A DNA stretch of 64,000 nt, taken from an uncultured Parachlamydiaceae bacterium. Lineage in GTDB: Bacteria > Chlamydiota > Chlamydiia > Chlamydiales > Parachlamydiaceae. Position 1 is the first letter of the stretch. The number at the start of each line of letters is the position of its first letter. The position numbers and the translations under genes are program-made. The notes under the pieces were generated by a model, which searched no databases, was not told where the DNA came from, and worked only from the letters and a program-made list of their open reading frames with translations. Below, one piece after another: positions 1-8,819 of this stretch. The stretch is taken from NCBI GenBank assembly GCA_963748975.1, contig CAVVKX010000032.1, forward strand, positions 7,860 to 71,859, written 5' to 3'.

Positions 1-116
1 TTTTAGTTTATTCATAGGTTATGCTATAATTTCACTCACGATGTGTATATATTAGCAAGGCCTGGAATTGTGGTATAGAGCCAAAAGCGACCAAAAATGG
101 CCAAGGGAAAAGTTTA

Positions 117-2792
117 ATGTTTGAAATTGCCTATAATATAGATAAAATTGAATCTGAAAAGCAAGGTGTACTAGCTGTACAACTCATTGAAGTCAAACGC
201 CAAGCCTTAGACCTAGAATTTTTCCCTTCAAAAAACCCATTCAATATTTCCCTATGGCAAAAGCTGGCCACCATAAAGGACAAAGATCCTCTTAAGATTT
301 TAACTTTAAAAGATGTAAAACTAGAAAACTCCTTCTTAAAAATCCCTTTCAGCCAATCCATTCAAGCCCTTAAATTATTAGCCGCTTCAGGTAAACTTTT
401 TTTTCAGCAAAAACAGCTGGCCTGTGATTTTTTTACAAAAGTGGAATTTTATTTTTTGGTCAAAGATCAAGCTGTACAGGGAATGTTAAAATTCCTCGAT
501 AAGGATTTTTCTTTAATATCATGTGATTTTGTGTGTGGAGGATCCCCTCCCTGGTTCATCAAAGGAAACCTGTTGAAACTTATTCATAGTGATGTCTCTT
601 GGAAGGATCTTCAGCAACTTTATAAAAACGCTTCCCTATTTCCCATAAAAAAACTTCAGGAAATGGAAAATGAGCCGGACGCACCACGAGTTGTCTATGC
701 TGACAATAGCTTAGAGCAACTCAAACATGATCTTCAGCCTTTTCCTTTACTCATACTCACCGACCGCACCGGAGCCTTTGCCAATCTTTGGATGGATTAT
801 AGTGAGGGAAAATCCTATGCTTTGCATGAAATCAGCATAGGAGTCAGTGAAAGGAATTTAAGCGCAGAAAAAAATTGGGAAAAGGATTTATTGGAAACCG
901 GCTTCCAAAAAAAACTAGTGGGCCATTCTCATTATTATTGTCCTTTAGACCAGGTCACAAAGTCTTTATCCTTCCTTCTGGAAATAGGATGGAATATACG
1001 AGATTATCAAAAAAAGAAAATAGCCTTGCTTAGTGACTCCGGTTTCGACGTTTCCATGCAAGCTGAAAATATTTTAGTGCGTGGAAATCTTAGTTTTGAA
1101 TCCTATGAAGCGGACATAAAAGATGTCGCTGGGGCCTTTAATAGGCGTGAACGTTTTGTGCAATTAGGGACGGATTCAGTAGGGCTACTTCCCGAAAATT
1201 GGGGCCAAGAAGATCTGAGCATGCTCTTTGAAGAGGGCGAAATTGTCTCTGAAGGTTTAAAGCTTAAAAAGAACAAAATTGGATCATTGGATTCTCTTTT
1301 TCAAACATCATCAAAACTGACATTAGATGAATCCATAGCCAAACTTAAATCAGGAATGATCTCTCTATCTAAAATTCCTGAAACCAAGCCTAGCGCTTCC
1401 TTTCATGGCAACTTGCGTCCTTATCAACAGGAAGGTATAAACTGGCTTAACTTTCTGCATCATTTTGGTTTCAATGGCATTTTGGCGGATGACATGGGCT
1501 TGGGCAAAACTGTACAAGTATTAGCCTTTCTCTCGCAATTAAACAATACAAAGCCGGTCCTAATTGTTATGCCCACCTCACTAATTTTTAATTGGCAAAG
1601 GGAAATCGAGCATTTTTTACCAAATAAAAAAGTCATTGCACATCATGGGCCTTCTAGAAATCAACATATAGACAATCTTTGCGGAGATATCATCATTCTG
1701 ACTACCTATGCAACAATGCGAATCGATCTACCTCTATTGTCAAAAATTGATTTTGATTCTGTCATTTTAGATGAAGCACAAGCCATTAAAAATCCGTACA
1801 CACAAGTTGCTCAGGCTGCTTTTAAGCTGCAATCAGACTATCGTCTTCTGCTGACAGGCACACCTATCGAAAATCATTTGAGTGAAATTTGGTCGCATTT
1901 TCATTTTCTGATGCCTGAACTCTTAGGCGATGAAAAAACTTTTTCAGCCGACTTACTAGCAGGAAACTCCGACCCAAGATATCTACAAAAAGTTAAGAAA
2001 AAAATCCGCCCTTTTGTTTTACGCCGCAAAAAAGTTGATGTGGCAAAAGATCTTCCTGATTGCATTGAACAGACAATCTGGGTTGAAATGACTCCCGACC
2101 AAAGAAAAATTTACGAAGGTTATTTATCCGGCATCAAAAGCAATTTGTTTGCAAAAGTTAATACCGATGGTATTTCCAAACACCGTTTAGAAGTTTTTGA
2201 AGCCATCCTCAGATTGCGACAGATCTGCTGTCATCCTCTTTTAATCTCGAGTCAGTTATCCAATGATGCGGTAGTTTGCAATAGTGGCAAAATGGATGCG
2301 CTTTTGCAAGATTTAGAAAATGCCATGGAAGAAAATGACAAGGTTCTTGTTTATAGTCAGTTCACCTCAATGTTAAGCCTCATAGCTAAGGAACTTAAAG
2401 CTAGGAATTGGAATTTTTCCTATTTAGATGGGAGCACAAAAGACCGCGAAAAAGTTGTGAATCAGTTTCAAAATGATCCTAACACTCCTCTTTTTTTAAT
2501 TAGCTTGAAAGCTGGAGGAACCGGCTTAAATTTGACAGCAGCTGATCATGTCCTTATTTTTGATCCCTGGTGGAATGAAGCGGCAGAGAAGCAAGCCATC
2601 AATCGCGCCCATCGCATGGGTAGAAAAGCTACTGTTTTTGCCAAACGTTATGTCACAGTAGAAAGCATAGAAGAAAAAATGATGAAATTAAAGGAACAGA
2701 AAAATCTGTTAATCGATACTATTTTTGATGATGTGGATGGTGTTGTTCAGTATTCGTTATCCCTTGAGGACTTCGCGTATTTATTAACCTAA
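117..2792 (+). CDS. SNF2/SWI2-family DEAD/H helicase-ATPase
   Basis: 891-aa ORF with LRPYQ, ILADDMGLGKT (Walker A), ILDEAQ, LTGTPIEN, LISLKAGGTGLNLT and QAINRAHRMG motifs. Confidence 0.95.
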   Translation: MFEIAYNIDKIESEKQGVLAVQLIEVKRQALDLEFFPSKNPFNISLWQKLATIKDKDPLKILTLKDVKLENSFLKIPFSQSIQALKLLAASGKLFFQQKQLACDFFTKVEFYFLVKDQAVQGMLKFLDKDFSLISCDFVCGGSPPWFIKGNLLKLIHSDVSWKDLQQLYKNASLFPIKKLQEMENEPDAPRVVYADNSLEQLKHDLQPFPLLILTDRTGAFANLWMDYSEGKSYALHEISIGVSERNLSAEKNWEKDLLETGFQKKLVGHSHYYCPLDQVTKSLSFLLEIGWNIRDYQKKKIALLSDSGFDVSMQAENILVRGNLSFESYEADIKDVAGAFNRRERFVQLGTDSVGLLPENWGQEDLSMLFEEGEIVSEGLKLKKNKIGSLDSLFQTSSKLTLDESIAKLKSGMISLSKIPETKPSASFHGNLRPYQQEGINWLNFLHHFGFNGILADDMGLGKTVQVLAFLSQLNNTKPVLIVMPTSLIFNWQREIEHFLPNKKVIAHHGPSRNQHIDNLCGDIIILTTYATMRIDLPLLSKIDFDSVILDEAQAIKNPYTQVAQAAFKLQSDYRLLLTGTPIENHLSEIWSHFHFLMPELLGDEKTFSADLLAGNSDPRYLQKVKKKIRPFVLRRKKVDVAKDLPDCIEQTIWVEMTPDQRKIYEGYLSGIKSNLFAKVNTDGISKHRLEVFEAILRLRQICCHPLLISSQLSNDAVVCNSGKMDALLQDLENAMEENDKVLVYSQFTSMLSLIAKELKARNWNFSYLDGSTKDREKVVNQFQNDPNTPLFLISLKAGGTGLNLTAADHVLIFDPWWNEAAEKQAINRAHRMGRKATVFAKRYVTVESIEEKMMKLKEQKNLLIDTIFDDVDGVVQYSLSLEDFAYLLT

Positions 2793-2861
2793 GAGTCTGT
2801 GAAAAAAAATGTGTATTACCAAGTTAATTAGCATAACTATAACACACACAATTTAAGGCTT

Positions 2862-3229
2862 AGAGATTTTTTGTTAGGCCAGGAGGGCCGTAATATTATA
2901 GCCCAGGTCGAGCGGAGCGAGGCCTGGGTAACAATAAAAAAGTGCTGAGTCCTGAAAGGACGATATAAATCAATCAGATATTTTTCGTCATATGGAATTT
3001 GAGCTCGCTGCAGCATTGCTAAAAGCTCTTTTTAAACATCAGATTGGATCCAAGGATTTCGCACTTTAAAAACAAAATGTAGAATAACGTCTTCTAAAGA
3101 TCGTGCCATAATACTTCTTCGATCATGCCGTCCTTTCAGGACTTGATGCATTTTTATTGTTACCCAGGCCTCGCTCCGCTCGACCTGGGCTGTAATATTA
3201 TGGCCCTCCTGGCCTAACAAAAAATCTCT
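2862..3229. mobile_element. Non-autonomous IS200/IS605 (Y1, REP-associated type) derivative with ~100-bp terminal inverted repeats
   Basis: 2862-2962 is the near-perfect reverse complement of 3129-3229. Each arm contains internal palindromes (GCCCAGGTCGAGCGGAGCGAGGCCTGGGT and GTCCTGAAAGGAC). The interior encodes TnpA-like ends. Confidence 0.8.
2967..3109 (-). pseudogene. Internally deleted IS200-like Y1 transposase (N- and C-terminal remnants only)
   Basis: Minus strand reads MARSLEDVILHFVFKVRNPWIQSDV, then in another frame KELLAMLQRAQIPYDEKYL. These resemble typical TnpA_Y1 start and end sequences; the HUH core is missing. Confidence 0.65.
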
Positions 3230-3285
3230 TGGCCTCAAATTTGTATTGGAAAAGAAAGCCTTCGGCGAAGTTTTTGGTTTGTGTT

Positions 3286-3801
3286 CTATTTGTCGTTTTT
3301 ATCTTTGAAGTCTTTTTGAACTTTTTTTTCAATTTTAGATGCAGTTGGATCTTTTGCCAAAATTTCCCTATATTTAAGACCATGAGCACGCTTTTTATTC
3401 TTCTTTGGTAGCAACACTTGAGAAGTCGTAGTTTCCGTCTTATTAGTTTCTTTCGATGTTTCAGCCTTTTTCTCTTCACTAGCTTCTAGTGATAATTCTT
3501 GCAGCTTAGTTTCCATCGTACTGGCTTCTTGTGATGGCACAGCTTTAATTTTTTTCTCACTATCTTGGGATATTAGTTTTGGCTTAATTTCTGTCTCACG
3601 AATTTCTTGTGATAAACCTTGGGATTTAAATTCCACCAAACTTTTGTTATGTAACTTTAATGCTAAATCCCAACCTTTATCTCCTTCTTTTACTTTATAT
3701 TTACCCCCAAAAATGGGCAATTTTCTGTATCCTGCAGGAACAAAGATCTCTCGTGGTGTGTAAATCTTGAAGGCATGCTCTATACAACGGTCGAGTTTCA
3801 T
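3286..3801 (-). CDS. Hypothetical Lys/Glu-rich protein
   Basis: 171-aa ORF with ATG and AGGA upstream; no recognised domain. Confidence 0.6.
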   Translation of the reverse strand: MKLDRCIEHAFKIYTPREIFVPAGYRKLPIFGGKYKVKEGDKGWDLALKLHNKSLVEFKSQGLSQEIRETEIKPKLISQDSEKKIKAVPSQEASTMETKLQELSLEASEEKKAETSKETNKTETTTSQVLLPKKNKKRAHGLKYREILAKDPTASKIEKKVQKDFKDKNDK

Positions 3802-3896
3802 TTTTTTCCTATCTAAAAATTATTTTTTTAAGTGTTACAAATAAGCACTACCTATAAACGAAAAGATTTGCATTTTTATAGCATACCCTCCAATTT

Positions 3897-5819
3897 TCAA
3901 GTAGTTTTTTCTTGTTTGCTTTTAAATTGCTCTAAGGCTGCACTCACTTTTCCGGTTTTTTTAACTGATTCAATTTCTTGACTTGCCACCACTATATTTC
4001 TTTCAGGAGATTTGAGTAAACTTGGATCTTTGAACTGCTTTTTAATTAAATTAAAATCTACTCTTTTTTCTTTTCTAGGTGAAGGGTTCCAGATTTCATT
4101 TTCTTCTACTTCCTCTTCAGTTAAGTCGCAAAAGCATGGATTATCTTCCATGACAAAAGATGTTGAATCAGGATCTATTTGTGTTAACCTAAACCATAAC
4201 TCCCGAAGTGAGATTTTAGGAAATTCTTTAATCAAAGCCTTTAAAGTTTCGAAGCGTACATTTGTCGCTGTGATGGATTCTTCTAGTCCATAATCCTTCA
4301 AAATAGAGGTGCATTCCTCTACTTTTATATTCTCAATAATAAGCCTGATATATAAATCAATAGATGCATTGCTATAATCAACAAGAAGGTTGTTGGTAAG
4401 CATATCATTCAAAAAATCTTTATTTATGCGTGGAAATGTTTGCCCCTCATCAATTTTCATTAACCGATATTCAGATTTATCTTGAATACCATATTTACCT
4501 TTCTTGTCTTGGTAGATAATTGCATTTCCAATATGCCCATCATTATCTCCGGTTATCATGAGCCAAACGTTATATAGCATATAATCTTGAAAGGAAATTT
4601 TATCTTTCAGCATTTCCCTGATCATTCGTTCACTTACTTCACTTTTGCCCCCATTTTCTGCTTCAAATTTTTCAATAAATTGGTAAACAGTCAGTGCATT
4701 TTCAATTTTTTCTTGGACAGCACAAAGTCTTCTATAATTTGGTTTCAGTTCAGCAAATAGTGGATATTTCTTGTGATCCAAGCGATCAGAAATGTAGTTG
4801 AAACCCAAAATGCCTTTTAATCGATCAGGAACACACTCCAAAACTTCAAGAACTGCCGGAGGAGTGATCTGTTGTAAACCAATTTTTAGAGCTATATTAT
4901 ATGCCGCGACTTTTCTTGTTTGATCTTCATAGGCAGCAATAGAGTCTTGTATTAACCAACAATCCTCTAGGTTGGTATGTGCAAATCCCTTTTCATTATG
5001 AGCTTCATATATTCCCTCGCCTTGAGGAGAGACCACAAGACCTTCAGCAAAGTAAGTTCCCCCTTGTCCCGAATATACTTTATCTTTAAGTACCAAAGGG
5101 GCTGCTTCTAATTTTTTATAAATTCGTTTTATTCCTGAATTTTCAGGAGCAGACGTTTTACTTTTTTTTATGAGATTTTGAAATAGATCTATCTTTTCTA
5201 TGAGAAGTTGATCCACATTTTTAACGGCATTAATAATTTTTGGCTGCGATTTTATCGCATATAATTGTTCTATGTCCGGAGCCCATAAATCAGCCAGATG
5301 AACAGTGGCATGATTCAAATTGGCTTGTTTAATTCTTTCATCTCGTTCCTCTAATTTTTTTATGAGTGCTTCCTCATCCTGATTTTCAGTGGTGATATAC
5401 TCACCCGTTGATTGAACCTCAAAATCAATTTCTTTTTCAACGGTACTATCTCCGGAAACGTAACCTTCTTCATCTGTTAATTCTTCCTTTTCCACATCTG
5501 AATGATTGTTAGATTCGTTGCCAGAAATATTGTCTATTTCTTTATCAAGATTGGTTTCATCACCAGAATCGTTTTCCACTTCAATATTTAAGTTTTCATT
5601 ATTTTTTGAATTTTTATTGGTTTCGTGAATAGAATTATTAACTTCATTATTCTGATTTCTTTTCCATACATGTTTTTGTTTGGCTTTAAATCTAAATGCA
5701 TCTTTGGAATTATCAGTTTCATCATTTGCAGGCTTCTCTTCAGTTTTGCCTCCTTTTTGATGAAGCTTTTCTAAAAAGCTTTGATTAAAATTATTTGAGT
5801 AACTTCCTATTCCATCCAT
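3897..5819 (-). CDS. PI3/PI4-kinase-like (possibly pseudokinase) candidate effector with acidic disordered N-terminus
   Basis: 640 aa; motifs GQGGTYF, RKVAAY, CAVQEKI, DNDGHIGN and KIDEGQTFP occur in the order seen in type II PI4K-like kinases. Confidence 0.7.
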   Translation of the reverse strand: MDGIGSYSNNFNQSFLEKLHQKGGKTEEKPANDETDNSKDAFRFKAKQKHVWKRNQNNEVNNSIHETNKNSKNNENLNIEVENDSGDETNLDKEIDNISGNESNNHSDVEKEELTDEEGYVSGDSTVEKEIDFEVQSTGEYITTENQDEEALIKKLEERDERIKQANLNHATVHLADLWAPDIEQLYAIKSQPKIINAVKNVDQLLIEKIDLFQNLIKKSKTSAPENSGIKRIYKKLEAAPLVLKDKVYSGQGGTYFAEGLVVSPQGEGIYEAHNEKGFAHTNLEDCWLIQDSIAAYEDQTRKVAAYNIALKIGLQQITPPAVLEVLECVPDRLKGILGFNYISDRLDHKKYPLFAELKPNYRRLCAVQEKIENALTVYQFIEKFEAENGGKSEVSERMIREMLKDKISFQDYMLYNVWLMITGDNDGHIGNAIIYQDKKGKYGIQDKSEYRLMKIDEGQTFPRINKDFLNDMLTNNLLVDYSNASIDLYIRLIIENIKVEECTSILKDYGLEESITATNVRFETLKALIKEFPKISLRELWFRLTQIDPDSTSFVMEDNPCFCDLTEEEVEENEIWNPSPRKEKRVDFNLIKKQFKDPSLLKSPERNIVVASQEIESVKKTGKVSAALEQFKSKQEKTT

Positions 5820-5971
5820 TTAATAATTTCTCCGTCACCATTTTTTCGAAATTTTCACAACGTTTTACATCATTTAATTAATTTTCTCAATACAATAGTG
5901 ACGTGACGTTATATTTAACGTGAGTTTCGAATAAGGAATTATGTCTATTCATTAGCCAAAACTCGCGTTAT

Positions 5972-6160
5972 TTAAGCAGCCTCATCACCCTCTTCCTGCT
6001 CGCTGTTATAAAGTTCCTGAGCTGTTAGTTTGACAGTTTCCAAGCCACCTTCAAATCCGACAAGTCGCATGAGTCTGTCTATGTCAATTAATTCAGAATA
6101 TAATTGATCATTGACAGATTCTAATAAGGCTATTTTTTTGACAAGTTCTGCTTTGGTCAT
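5972..6160 (-). CDS. Small conserved chlamydial protein, paralog 1 of 4 (62 aa)
   Basis: ATG at 6160 with GGAGG RBS; shares motif AxLESxNDQLxxELxxIDxLMxxVGFxGGLxTxKxTAxE with its neighbours. Confidence 0.85.
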   Translation of the reverse strand: MTKAELVKKIALLESVNDQLYSELIDIDRLMRLVGFEGGLETVKLTAQELYNSEQEEGDEAA

Positions 6161-6201
6161 AAGTCCCTCCTTTAAAGAAGTTACTTCGTCATAATGAAGG
6201 A

Positions 6202-6217
6202 TGCAAAAGGTATGCCA
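6202..6217 (-). promoter_or_regulatory. Sigma-54 (-24/-12) promoter
   Basis: Minus strand TGGCAT-ACCTT-TTGCA, 41 nt upstream of the ATG. Confidence 0.8.
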
Positions 6218-6282
6218 ATTGATTCTCTCAATGATCTCGGTGATCCCAGTGGTAATTAATAGAACATTACCATCCAATTTGA

Positions 6283-6326
6283 AAAAAATAAGGCTCTAAA
6301 TTCTGCAGAATTCAGAGCCCATTTTT
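6283..6326. terminator. Intrinsic terminator hairpin between paralogs 2 and 1
   Basis: GGCTCTAAATTCTGCAGAATTCAGAGCC palindrome flanked by A and T runs. Confidence 0.6.
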
Positions 6327-6363
6327 TATTTATTATGAATATTAAGATTTTTTAATTTTTAAA

Positions 6364-6561
6364 CTATTCAGGCAAATTATTAATATTATAACCTTTTTTT
6401 ATAATTTCATTCGCAGTAGCCTTAATTGTATCTAAACCGCCGGCAAATCCAATAAGCTTCATTAATTGATCAATATAACTGACCTCTGTACTCAACTGAT
6501 CATTGAGTGATTCTAAGTAAGCTATTTTCTGTTCTAATTCTGCAATCTCTTTATTTTCCAT
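6364..6561 (-). CDS. Small conserved chlamydial protein, paralog 2 of 4 (65 aa)
   Basis: MENKEIAELEQKIAYLESLNDQL...IGFAGGLDTIK; GGTGGGG RBS before the ATG at 6561. Confidence 0.85.
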   Translation of the reverse strand: MENKEIAELEQKIAYLESLNDQLSTEVSYIDQLMKLIGFAGGLDTIKATANEIIKKGYNINNLPE

Positions 6562-6588
6562 TTCCCCACCCTTTATTCTTTGTGTCTG

Positions 6589-6604
6589 AGCAATTTGCAT
6601 GCCA
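6589..6604 (-). promoter_or_regulatory. Sigma-54 (-24/-12) promoter
   Basis: Minus strand TGGCAT-GCAAA-TTGCT, 27 nt upstream of the ATG. Confidence 0.8.
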
Positions 6605-6611
6605 CTTTTAT

Positions 6612-6794
6612 TTATTCTGAAACTTGAACATACCCTTTAGCAATCATCTCTTCAGCAGTAAACTTAAGTGTGGCTATTCCGTTTGCAAAACCCACAATTT
6701 TCATTAAATCATTGATATGATCCAATTCAGTGCTCAATATATCATTGATAGACTCTAAGTATGCCATCTTCTTGTTTAACTCAGCCTTTTTCAT
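6612..6794 (-). CDS. Small conserved chlamydial protein, paralog 3 of 4 (60 aa)
   Basis: MKKAELNKKMAYLESINDIL...VGFANGIATLK; AGGAGG RBS. Confidence 0.85.
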   Translation of the reverse strand: MKKAELNKKMAYLESINDILSTELDHINDLMKIVGFANGIATLKFTAEEMIAKGYVQVSE

Positions 6795-6982
6795 TTAAAA
6801 CCTCCTAAATTTTCTTAAAGACCCCTCTAATAAAACGGTTGCATGTTAAAATTGTTTAAAGAAAAAATCAAAATTAGGTAAATTTTTTTAAAACATTCTC
6901 ACATATATATGTAGATGATGTTTTTTGAAAGTTAGATTCGATTTTTTTTTATTTTTTTTTCTGAAATTGCAGAAATTTCTTA

Positions 6983-7168
6983 TTAATCTTGAGATTTATC
7001 TTTCAAGAGGTCTCTGGCAACTTCTTTAACCGAAGATAGCCCACGCGGAAAGCCAATGGATGTTAAAAGTCCATCTAAATATATCAGTTCACTTCTCAGT
7101 TGGTCTTCTACAAATTCTAGATAAGCCATGCGCTTAAACAGTTGATTTTTAGTCTGATTCATTTTCAT
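6983..7168 (-). CDS. Small conserved chlamydial protein, paralog 4 of 4 (61 aa)
   Basis: ...MAYLEFVEDQLRSEL...IGFPRGLSSVKEVA; GGAGGT RBS. Confidence 0.85.
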   Translation of the reverse strand: MKMNQTKNQLFKRMAYLEFVEDQLRSELIYLDGLLTSIGFPRGLSSVKEVARDLLKDKSQD

Positions 7169-7200
7169 AAAAAACCTCCCTTAAATCCTGACTTAAAGAA

Positions 7201-7216
7201 TGCAAAAAGCAGGCCA
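7201..7216 (-). promoter_or_regulatory. Sigma-54 (-24/-12) promoter
   Basis: Minus strand TGGCCT-GCTTT-TTGCA, 32 nt upstream of the ATG. Confidence 0.7.
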
Positions 7217-7290
7217 TTTTATATAAAGGCTTTGTTGTAAAATAATTCGAGTCCCTCAAGATCCCAACTGAAGAGACCATTTATTACTAA

Positions 7291-7788
7291 TTAAGAATGA
7301 CTTTCAAAGGATAATAAGCGTTTTTTAACGTCTAGGCCTCCTCCACCTGAATATCCCCCCAAGCTTCCATTGCTGGCTAGAACACGATGACAGGGGATGA
7401 TGAAAGGAAAGGGGTTTCTACCACAAGCATTGCCTACAGCACGTGCCGCTTTAGGCTTACCGGTCCTTTTCGCGATCTCTTGATAAGAACACGTTTCACC
7501 CATAGATATACTATAAACATGGTGCAAAACTAAAGAAGTATAACTGGGAATATGGCTAAGATCTAAAGGCAGTTTAATCGATGGATTTTCACGCTTTGCA
7601 TAAGTTTGCATCCAAAGGGTAATATCCTTTTCAATTTTTAATGACTTTTTATCTGATTCTATTTGCCAAATTAAATTTTTTTCGGATGGAGCTACCTGAA
7701 TTTCAAAAATTTGATCTTTATCCATAAAGAATTTAACCTTTACAGCGGGGCCTTTAACTTGAAAGATTTGTGAAATATATTCAAACAT
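7291..7788 (-). CDS. ogt: Methylated-DNA-protein-cysteine methyltransferase
   Basis: RAVGNACGRNP and active-site IPCHRV motifs. Confidence 0.92.
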   Translation of the reverse strand: MFEYISQIFQVKGPAVKVKFFMDKDQIFEIQVAPSEKNLIWQIESDKKSLKIEKDITLWMQTYAKRENPSIKLPLDLSHIPSYTSLVLHHVYSISMGETCSYQEIAKRTGKPKAARAVGNACGRNPFPFIIPCHRVLASNGSLGGYSGGGGLDVKKRLLSFESHS

Positions 7789-7868
7789 AAGATTGTTTTC
7801 CTTAAAATAAATGATGTGACTAGACAGTTTACCTAATTTTGTACCTTATTTTAGCAGAGGATGGTTTT

Positions 7869-8420
7869 GTGACAAAGCTTTACAAGGATTATTTTTGGAA
7901 AGAAGGTATTCCGTATGGTCTTTGTGCACATGAGGAAAATGCGAAACTTGAGATGGCTTATAAAATTGTCATGGATCCATACCGTAAACGCATTTCTATT
8001 GAGAAATATTCCTACGGTCAATTCCAAAGGAGTGTCTATGATTCTGCTTTATTAAATTTCAGGCTTTTGAATCCAATAAATCAGCAAGGATGGCAAAAAT
8101 TAACAGTTAAAGAAAATGCAGATTCTACGGAATGTATCATACGTGACCAAGATGACAGGGTTCTGTTTATAGAAACATATACTTTTTCCCAAAATCTTTG
8201 TAAAAAATGCGTTGCAAAATCGCCTCAAGGGATTTTGTTATCCATTCAAACAATGCATTATAAAATCTTAGGAGACAGTGAAAACGAGGTCATCCTTTAT
8301 GATTCAAATCAACATCCTGTACTTCAGAAAATATATGAAGCAGATACAATAACCGGAGACTTCACACATTTAATAAAAGAAAATAAAGAGGTTCGGATTG
8401 GCCAAAGTCAAGTTCCTTAA
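7869..8420 (+). CDS. Hypothetical protein
   Basis: Open frame of ~183 aa; GTG at 7869 follows AGAGGA; overlaps the ferredoxin start. Confidence 0.7.
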   Translation: MTKLYKDYFWKEGIPYGLCAHEENAKLEMAYKIVMDPYRKRISIEKYSYGQFQRSVYDSALLNFRLLNPINQQGWQKLTVKENADSTECIIRDQDDRVLFIETYTFSQNLCKKCVAKSPQGILLSIQTMHYKILGDSENEVILYDSNQHPVLQKIYEADTITGDFTHLIKENKEVRIGQSQVP

Positions 8421-8673
8421 GGAAAATAAAGAAATTTTAGTTCAAGCAGGTAGTGAGCTTTTGGAAATCCATAGAAGAAATCCACAATTACCCTTTAAGT
8501 TTGGTTGTAAGCGTGGGGAATGCGGGACCTGCGCCATCAAAATACTAGAGGGCATGGAAAACTTATCGAAGATCTCAATCATCGAAATTGAAACGTTGCG
8601 GAAAAAGAAATGTGCGTCGAATTATAGATTAGCTTGTCAATGCGCTGTGAATGGGAGCATCGTACTCGAATAG
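8398..8673 (+). CDS. 2Fe-2S ferredoxin
   Basis: C-x4-C-x2-C (GCKRGECGTC) and RLACQ motifs; TTG start after GAGGT. Confidence 0.9.
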   Translation: MAKVKFLKENKEILVQAGSELLEIHRRNPQLPFKFGCKRGECGTCAIKILEGMENLSKISIIEIETLRKKKCASNYRLACQCAVNGSIVLE

Positions 8674-8695
8674 AAAATATCGTAAATGTTTGAAC

Positions 8696-8756
8696 CACGA
8701 AGCGTTGCGATGCAGAAAAGAAAGTTTTTTAAAACCAAATTTTCAACGCTTCGCGT
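8696..8756. repeat. Intergenic inverted repeat (CGAAGCGTTGCGATG family)
   Basis: CGAAGCGTTG at 8698 pairs with CAACGCTTCG near 8744; the same arms occur at 29011 and 29213. Confidence 0.55.
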
Positions 8757-8819
8757 CAAATAAACTTACGCGCAAAAGCCTGTTAGGGCCTTTGCGACTT
8801 TGCATTGAATTTTAGCTTC

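Noticed and set aside
6160-6277. N-terminal extensions of the small paralog ORFs (to 6277 and 6600)
   Set aside because: The extensions overlap the sigma-54 boxes; RBS position and paralog alignment favour starts at 6160 and 6561.
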